Source of the DNA: a virus
Taxonomy: Duplodnaviria; Heunggongvirae; Uroviricota; Caudoviricetes
Virus record (IMG/VR): IMGVR_UViG_3300031999_000001
Span: 128,001 to 192,000 of that record
Direction: 5' to 3' (one strand)
DNA: 64,000 bases
In this document: positions 58,292 to 64,000 of the stretch, one piece after another
Layout: each line of letters opens with the position of its first letter
How positions within the stretch are numbered: position 1 is the stretch's first letter
The notes under the pieces: generated by a model
Databases searched by the model: none
What the model was told of the DNA's origin: nothing
What the model saw: only the letters and a program-made list of their open reading frames with translations
Program-made: the position numbers and the translations under genes

Positions 58292-58657
58292 ATGTTAATT
58301 GAACGCAAAGAAATTTTAAATGAAGATAGTAGTATTGGGTATATAGAATCAGTATTTGAATCAGATAATGTTCTTAAATCCACATATTTTCCCAACAATC
58401 AAAGACTTTACATAGCATTTAGTCGTGGTGATACATATTCATATGGTAATGTTGATTTAGAAACATATGAAGAATTTGAAAATGCCGAATCACAAGGTAA
58501 ATTTTTTTATAAACATTTCAATAAAAATAAAAAATACCCGTATCGTAAAGAATTCACTTTATATCCTAATGAAGTAATAGAATTAAAAGAAATTGTAGAA
58601 ACAAAAAAATTATCTCAATTTGAGAAAGATCAAATAACAAAAGAGGAATATGAATAA
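58292..58657 (+). CDS. KTSC-domain protein
   Basis: ESDNV..S.Y...LYIAF..G.TYSY..V...AESQGKFF pattern. Confidence 0.78.
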   Translation: MLIERKEILNEDSSIGYIESVFESDNVLKSTYFPNNQRLYIAFSRGDTYSYGNVDLETYEEFENAESQGKFFYKHFNKNKKYPYRKEFTLYPNEVIELKEIVETKKLSQFEKDQITKEEYE

Positions 58658-59189
58658 CGAAGAAAATAAAAATTTGGAATTGGAATCATCTGTATATGAC
58701 CCAAACACAATTACATTTTCATTTAACAATCCACCAGAAGAAATATTAAGAATTAACAAAGAAGGTTTTTTTTGGAAGGGTAAATTAATTGAAGAAGATA
58801 AAGAAATTTATTTAAGATTTAAAGAATGGCTTGATAAAGCACATGCTTTAGAAGTAAAATCTGAACCAGAAAATTTAAATAATATTAAGGAAGATAAAAA
58901 TGTAATTGAATTACTTAAAGAAGCATTAAAATTTTATGCAGATGAAAATAATTATGTTGATAATCATAGTGTACATTATGAATTATTTTCACTTATTGAA
59001 ATGGATAAAGGTTCACAAGCCAGATTTGCACTTAAAATAACAAAGGAATTATCTGAAAGAAATCAAAAAATAGAAGAAGATTTTGTAAAAAATCTAAAAA
59101 CCTCAATTGTAAATTATGAAACTCCTGAATATATGTTAAAAATAATTGAAGAATTTAGAAAAATAAACATTAATGATAAAAACATTTAA
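58650..59189 (+). CDS. Hypothetical protein
   Basis: 179-aa ORF containing ALKFYADENNY. Confidence 0.55.
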   Translation: MNNEENKNLELESSVYDPNTITFSFNNPPEEILRINKEGFFWKGKLIEEDKEIYLRFKEWLDKAHALEVKSEPENLNNIKEDKNVIELLKEALKFYADENNYVDNHSVHYELFSLIEMDKGSQARFALKITKELSERNQKIEEDFVKNLKTSIVNYETPEYMLKIIEEFRKININDKNI

Positions 59190-59547
59190 TGAATATCAAA
59201 AAGAAGCAAATTTTTTGAAAATATCTATGGATAAATTCATGGAATTACATCCCCATACACCTGATGATGTGAAATTATTACTTGCACTTACTTATGATGG
59301 TTTGGGTATGGGTGAAGCTGGTGAAGTACAGGGTAAAATAAAAAAAGTAATTAGGGATAATGGTGGTATTATTACCAAAGAACATATTGAAGCGATAAAA
59401 GGTGAATTATCAGATATTTTGTGGTATATTGCATCAATGTGTGATACACTCGGTATTAAAATGGAAGATATTGCAACATATAATATTAATAAATTAAAAT
59501 CTCGTAAAAACAGAGGTGTGTTAAGTGGAAATGGAGACAATAGATAA
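59173..59547 (+). CDS. MazG-like nucleotide pyrophosphohydrolase
   Basis: FNEYQ, GEAGEV, ELSDILWY and GNGDNR motifs. Confidence 0.87.
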   Translation: MIKTFNEYQKEANFLKISMDKFMELHPHTPDDVKLLLALTYDGLGMGEAGEVQGKIKKVIRDNGGIITKEHIEAIKGELSDILWYIASMCDTLGIKMEDIATYNINKLKSRKNRGVLSGNGDNR

Positions 59548-59642
59548 TTGGAGATTTTTTGGGGCACTTTCAAATCTTCAACCATTAGAAGCAAAAGAAA
59601 ATTTATATAAAAATAATAGATATAAAAATTAAAATCAAAATT

Positions 59643-59846
59643 ATGAAAGGTGGAACTGGAATCAAGAGCAGAAGAGATCGTGCTAAAAAAATGCTTGAAG
59701 CACAACTTCAAAGAGGCACTAAACCTGAAAAAATTAATGGTAAAACAACAGCTAATATAATACCATTGACAGAATTTGACAGGAAACGTATCAATAAAGA
59801 AATTGACATATTAAATAATCCCAAAAAGAAAACATCAACAACATAA
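59643..59846 (+). CDS. Small basic hypothetical protein
   Basis: 67-aa ORF with an A-rich start context. Confidence 0.5.
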   Translation: MKGGTGIKSRRDRAKKMLEAQLQRGTKPEKINGKTTANIIPLTEFDRKRINKEIDILNNPKKKTSTT

Positions 59847-60022
59847 TGGAAAAAATAATTACAATAAGAAATTTATTTGTGTGTTATAAAAACATTGATA
59901 ATTATTTACCACAAGAAATTCTGGATTTAGTATGTGGTAACAGATTTTATGATAAAAAATACATGAAAATCAAGGAATTTTTCAAAAATTATATAATTCA
60001 GAAAATGATTATAACAACATGA
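59846..60022 (+). CDS. 58-aa hypothetical protein (not in ORF track)
   Basis: MEKIITIRNLFVCYK...; TAATG and ATGA overlaps with both neighbours. Confidence 0.5.
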   Translation: MEKIITIRNLFVCYKNIDNYLPQEILDLVCGNRFYDKKYMKIKEFFKNYIIQKMIITT

Positions 60023-60681
60023 AACTAATTAAACCATATTATAAAATTTTAACATCAATTAACGGTGAAGAAATATTAAAAACAATTGAAATGGTAGCAA
60101 GAACTTGTTATAAATCTGAAGACAAAATAACTGAAGATTCTGCAAAAAAAATAGTTCAATCTCTTATATCAAAAGGTCATGAAGCAATGATTGAATTTTT
60201 TGATATAACAGTTAAATTTGTTTGTGATAGGGGGGTTTCACACGAGATTGTAAGACATAGAATTGCAAGTTATGCACAGGAAAGTACACGCTACAATAAT
60301 TACTCGAAAGATAAATTTGACAATCAACTTACCTTTATTATACCTTGTTGGATTAAGGATATTGAAGAAGGAGAATATAAATCTATGGAAAGTTATTTAA
60401 TAATGAAAGGAGCAGATCAATGGTTTCAATCAATGTTTTCTGCTGAAGCAACATATAACTATTTAATAGAAAATGGATGGCAGCCACAACAAGCACGTTC
60501 AGTACTTCCAAATTCTCTAAAAACCGAAATTAATGTAAAAATGAATTTAAGAGAATGGAAACATTTTTTTAAATTAAGAACGTCATCAGCAGCACATCCT
60601 CAAATGAGAGAAATTGCAATACCATTATTAGATGAATTCAAAAATAAAATACCAATTATTTTTGATGATATTAATTGTTAA
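60019..60681 (+). CDS. thyX: FAD-dependent thymidylate synthase
   Basis: ThyX signature RHRIASYAQESTRY, plus ARSVLP and AHPQMR. Confidence 0.95.
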   Translation: MKLIKPYYKILTSINGEEILKTIEMVARTCYKSEDKITEDSAKKIVQSLISKGHEAMIEFFDITVKFVCDRGVSHEIVRHRIASYAQESTRYNNYSKDKFDNQLTFIIPCWIKDIEEGEYKSMESYLIMKGADQWFQSMFSAEATYNYLIENGWQPQQARSVLPNSLKTEINVKMNLREWKHFFKLRTSSAAHPQMREIAIPLLDEFKNKIPIIFDDINC

Positions 60682-60689
60682 TTAATTGA

Positions 60690-60926
60690 ATGGTAATATT
60701 ATATATATTGATAATATTATTAATTGTAATAATTCTGTTTCTTGCTCTGACATTATATTATTTTACAAAAAAAAGTATATATATTTCAGATAAAGAAAAA
60801 GAATTTATTGTATTTGTTATTGATATATTTGTACAATATGGTGATGAATTAGGAATTCAATCAAAAGACCAACATGAAAAAATTGTTAAAGAGCTTGAAA
60901 AAATAAAAAAGAAACATTTTAGTTAA
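60690..60926 (+). CDS. Small N-terminally anchored membrane protein
   Basis: Long hydrophobic N-terminus. Confidence 0.55.
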   Translation: MVILYILIILLIVIILFLALTLYYFTKKSIYISDKEKEFIVFVIDIFVQYGDELGIQSKDQHEKIVKELEKIKKKHFS

Positions 60927-60963
60927 TAAAATGTTTTATAATTAAACATACGAATTCCAACAA

Positions 60964-60988
60964 TAAAAGGGGGTTTAACCCCCTTTTA
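60964..60988. terminator. Bidirectional intrinsic terminator
   Basis: TAAAAGGGGGTT-T-AACCCCCTTTTA between convergent genes. Confidence 0.8.
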
Positions 60989-61027
60989 TATTGTGGATAA
61001 ACATAAATTTATTTATTGCCCAAAATC

Positions 61028-61168
61028 TTAGAATACTAAGTTTTGTACCGCTAAATTACGTACTAATATTGCTGCAAGAGCTGCTGTGATTGCTGCACCA
61101 TTTGCATATCCAGTTTCGTTAATACCTGTTCTAAGCCAGAGTTTATAAGTTTTCTTTGTTAACAACAT
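61028..61168 (-). CDS. 46-aa Ala-rich protein with its own late motif (not in ORF track)
   Basis: MLLTKKTYKLWLRTGINETGYANGAAITAALAAILVRNLAVQNLVF. Confidence 0.6.
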   Translation of the reverse strand: MLLTKKTYKLWLRTGINETGYANGAAITAALAAILVRNLAVQNLVF

Positions 61169-61204
61169 GGTTTCTTTTTTTTATGTAATTAATGTTATTT
61201 TAAT

Positions 61205-61212
61205 ATAAATAC
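61205..61212 (-). promoter_or_regulatory. GTATTTAT late motif
   Basis: Upstream of the 46-aa ORF. Confidence 0.55.
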
Positions 61213-61252
61213 TAAGAATAATAAGAATGTTCTTAATTAAAATAATTTTTAT

Positions 61253-61804
61253 TTAATTTCCTTTTGTTTCGTTTAAAAATGGAACAACATCCTCTTTTAC
61301 TGGCACACCAGTTACTCGTTTCCAATATGATTTAAATCCACCAATCGTTTTATTTGTAGTATCTGTTACATTATTAGCACTTTCAACTTCATAATATCTG
61401 TTTTTTTGACCACTAATATTATATTCAATAACATCACCACGGTCAATTTCTATTTGTTTTTCTTCCAGTTCTTTAAGATAAACACCAAATATAATATTTC
61501 CACTATCATCACGTGCAATACCACCCTGATATCCACCATAATTTTCCTGTTTACCATCTTCAACTGTAATCATTACACTAATTCTAATTGGTAACATGTA
61601 TTTTTTGTCTTTTGTTTTTGCCTGACCATATAAATTATGTGATTTTGTTTCAATTAAATTGATTTTATGCAAAATAATTTCTTGAGCATTATCTGTTTGT
61701 AAAAAATTTCTACCGTACATCACATCTAATTCAAAAGAATTTTCTGTCATAAATAAACCCATTCTGTTATTTTCAAGGTCAATTATTTGTTTTTTCTTTT
61801 TCAT
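61253..61804 (-). CDS. Neck / head-closure protein (gp14-like)
   Basis: NLYGQA, IDRGDVI and YYEV motifs; downstream of the gp13-like gene. Confidence 0.6.
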   Translation of the reverse strand: MKKKKQIIDLENNRMGLFMTENSFELDVMYGRNFLQTDNAQEIILHKINLIETKSHNLYGQAKTKDKKYMLPIRISVMITVEDGKQENYGGYQGGIARDDSGNIIFGVYLKELEEKQIEIDRGDVIEYNISGQKNRYYEVESANNVTDTTNKTIGGFKSYWKRVTGVPVKEDVVPFLNETKGN

Positions 61805-62652
61805 TAATCAATTATTTTAAAGCCATCTGGTTCAAGTAAATTTACATCATTGGTAAATATTTGATATTGTTTGTCAATTACCCAATCTGGAACATTTGAT
61901 CTATCAATACCATTTTCAATATCTTTTTTTATTCTTTCTTTTGCAATTTCAGGACTAACACTAAATATTTTAGCAAAACCTTCAAATGGCATATCAACAT
62001 GAACTTTCATATAATCCATAAGCGATTTTCTATTTTTTGATTTAATATTTGTAGCATCAAAAATCACATCTTTACCAATATTTAGTACATCTGCAGTTTT
62101 TTTCATTGCCAATGCAAATACTTCATTATTTTTTGTTTGATCTGATATGTTTCCTGTTAATTCTTTTCTTATTTTATCTGGCGAAACAATAATAGTATTT
62201 GAATTTTGCATTGATTTAATCCACATAGATTTACCACTTCCTGAAATACCAACTGGAATAATTAATTTTGGTTTTTTTGTTTTTATTTCTTCTGCTATTT
62301 CAGTACCAATTTCATGTCCATTATCATCAAATTTATTTGGAAATTTTATTTTCCAATCAAAAAGTTTTTGCACGCCTTTATTATTTACAACCCCAATTTT
62401 TTCATCAATATTAATGTTTTTTCTAATTAATTTTTTCGCATCTTCTAATGTGAATTTTATAACACTTGGGTCACCATATTTTACACGATAATCGCATGTG
62501 TTGATACCATGTTGGTCTATTGATGTTACAAAACATTTACCATATCCACGTGATATTCGAAATATTGCCCATGTATTATCAATTGAATTTGAAAATTCTG
62601 GATTAAGTCTTTCCATCATTTCAAAAAGTCGTTGTTTGTTGTCTTTTTTCAT
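61804..62652 (-). CDS. P-loop kinase (AAA_33/PNK kinase-like) with shared N-terminal leader
   Basis: VGISGSGKS, SPDKIR, FDATN and R..VP..VI motifs; leader KKDNKQRLFEMM. Confidence 0.78.
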   Translation of the reverse strand: MKKDNKQRLFEMMERLNPEFSNSIDNTWAIFRISRGYGKCFVTSIDQHGINTCDYRVKYGDPSVIKFTLEDAKKLIRKNINIDEKIGVVNNKGVQKLFDWKIKFPNKFDDNGHEIGTEIAEEIKTKKPKLIIPVGISGSGKSMWIKSMQNSNTIIVSPDKIRKELTGNISDQTKNNEVFALAMKKTADVLNIGKDVIFDATNIKSKNRKSLMDYMKVHVDMPFEGFAKIFSVSPEIAKERIKKDIENGIDRSNVPDWVIDKQYQIFTNDVNLLEPDGFKIID

Positions 62653-62653
62653 A

Positions 62654-63772
62654 TTAAATTGCTATTATTGGGAACATTGGTGGTTGATAACCACGTTCTT
62701 TATTAACATTTTCAGCAATTTTAGCACGTTCTTCAGTAAAAGTAACCTGACTTAATTTATCTAATTGTTCTAATAATAATTTTTCAGTATCTTCTTTCAA
62801 TTTAGTGCCTTCTTCAAGCAAATGACGATAATCCATTGTTAATTGTTTTTCAGTAACACCAAGTTCACCACTATAGAAACCTCTAATACCACCAATTACA
62901 ATTTTTACTTGTGCAATAAGTAAATTACGAATTTGCTGATGTGCAACATCATTTATTTTGCTCCATTCTAATACTTTTGCTGGTGGGTCTGATGGTAATT
63001 TAATAACATCTGAATTTTCTTCTAAACATTTATCTCTACCTGTTTGATTAGTATCATAATACCAATACCAAACTTTTCTACCAGCATAATGTTTACCCCA
63101 CACACCTTGAATTTCATCACGAGAACCGGGTATTGGATACAAATGTAATAATTTTTCACCACTTGCCAAACCAGTAACACGATATGTTAATATTGATTGT
63201 AATACTCTTTGTTTCATTCTTCTATCCTGTGCAGATAATAGTGTTGAAAATGTTGGTTGTACATACATTGCGGGACGACCAAGATATGCCCATCCAACCA
63301 TACCGGGTGACCATGCATTCAATGCAAAGGGGTCAACCAAACCACCATCAATTTGTGGTGGTGTTTCCCACAATACTTCATTTATTTCACGACCCGCAGG
63401 AATTAAGTAATGTTGTGTACTTGCCTGAGTTACAATAAAATCACGTTTAAGTTCCCATCCAGTAGCAGCAGGTGCATTTGTTCCCAATCCTACTTGTCTT
63501 GAATATGCATATGTATAGGATTCCATATAAGTGTTTGATTTTGTAGTAAACGCCGATAAGAAATCGCTATTTTCTTTACTTAAACCTTCTAACCCAATCC
63601 ATTGCTGATGAATAAACCAATTATTTACTATTGATGAATAATCCTCAACAACCATTTCAAGATATGAATCCATCATTTCATCCTTTATTTCAAAAGGTCT
63701 TAATGGAAATCCCAATACATGTTTAACATGAAGGAATAATTTATTTTTATCAACTGTTGTTATTAGTGCCAT
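62654..63772 (-). CDS. Neck / head-tail adaptor protein (gp13-like)
   Basis: VKHVLGFP...EI.DE, LHLYPIP, IGGIRG.YSG and LTMDY..LLEEG motifs. Confidence 0.68.
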   Translation of the reverse strand: MALITTVDKNKLFLHVKHVLGFPLRPFEIKDEMMDSYLEMVVEDYSSIVNNWFIHQQWIGLEGLSKENSDFLSAFTTKSNTYMESYTYAYSRQVGLGTNAPAATGWELKRDFIVTQASTQHYLIPAGREINEVLWETPPQIDGGLVDPFALNAWSPGMVGWAYLGRPAMYVQPTFSTLLSAQDRRMKQRVLQSILTYRVTGLASGEKLLHLYPIPGSRDEIQGVWGKHYAGRKVWYWYYDTNQTGRDKCLEENSDVIKLPSDPPAKVLEWSKINDVAHQQIRNLLIAQVKIVIGGIRGFYSGELGVTEKQLTMDYRHLLEEGTKLKEDTEKLLLEQLDKLSQVTFTEERAKIAENVNKERGYQPPMFPIIAI

Positions 63773-63777
63773 ATATA

Positions 63778-63999
63778 TTAACTTCTACTTTGTGCTTTTT
63801 CACCAAAATAAACATATTTAAATTCAACGGGTTTTAGTAAATGATTACCTGCTGCAAGTTCATACACTCTACTAACAAACAATTTTCTTGTTGGAAATGG
63901 TGATGAATCTGTTCTTTGAGGTGGAAAAAATGGTTTAATTTCTTCAAAATCTGTTACAATTCTATAATTAGGAGGGTTTTTTAATCCTTCAATACCAGC
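63778..63999 (-). CDS. 3' end of a hypothetical protein (5' end outside the window)
   Basis: Open frame AGIEGLKNPPNYRIV...EKAQSRS* ending just before the gp13-like start. Confidence 0.5.
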   Translation of the reverse strand, partial: AGIEGLKNPPNYRIVTDFEEIKPFFPPQRTDSSPFPTRKLFVSRVYELAAGNHLLKPVEFKYVYFGEKAQSRS

Positions 64000-64000
64000 A

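Noticed and set aside
59548-59581. Hairpin TTGGAGATTT...AAATCTTCAA after the MazG-like gene
   Set aside because: A single imperfect stem with no U tract and no repeat elsewhere; too little support to call.
577-63438. Many 60-156 aa ORFs in the track that are antisense to, or nested in, long genes (e.g. 577-759, 36440-36910, 41313-41702, 59292-59711)
   Set aside because: They are shadow frames of clearly recognisable genes and have no motifs or start context.
1-64000. Stop-codon reassignment as seen in some Bacteroidota phages
   Set aside because: Genes are full length and tightly packed under the standard code, and TAA, TAG and TGA all end recognisable proteins.
1-64000. tRNAs, diversity-generating retroelement, inteins
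   Set aside because: I recognised no cloverleaf, reverse transcriptase, TR/VR pair or intein splice motifs by eye; a tRNAscan/Infernal run would be needed to exclude them fully.

Overview
Segment of a large, very AT-rich (about 25% GC by eye) tailed-phage genome with T4-like/jumbo-myovirus organisation. The host is probably a Bacteroidota: there are TTTG-N19/20-TAnnTTTG promoters, no obvious Shine-Dalgarno sites and a Bacteroidota-style lipoprotein. Layout: (1) 1-5.5 kb, replication/recombination genes (DnaB-like helicase, 5'-3' exonuclease, RecA/UvsX, gp32-like SSB). (2) 5.6-11.6 kb, late genes including Glu-rich proteins that share an N-terminal K(E/Q)R(L/F)(F/L)E(M/V)...LNE leader. (3) 12.6-31.3 kb, an ~18.6 kb single-orientation glycan island with ~12 glycosyltransferases, ~6 SAM methyltransferases, an FnlA/RmlD-like/FnlC nucleotide-sugar pathway, a deacetylase plus formyltransferase, a heptose-kinase-like gene and a GIY-YIG endonuclease. 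(4) 31.9-57.8 kb, tail/baseplate genes (hub with an OmpA-like insert, tape measure, chaperone with a -1 slippery site, spike, tube, sheath, terminator), interleaved with a second GT pair, a gp55-like sigma factor and a lipoprotein. (5) 57.9-64 kb, KTSC, MazG, ThyX, neck proteins and a leader-tagged kinase. The strongest candidates for undescribed biology are a soluble, transporter-less glycosylation island with [S/T]G-rich virion proteins as possible acceptors, a portable N-terminal leader that may route unrelated enzymes into the capsid, a GTATTTAT late-gene motif (reverse complement of the T4 late promoter), and a non-coding locus with three C-GNA-G DNA hairpins. All product calls come from motif recognition by eye; no database searches were run.
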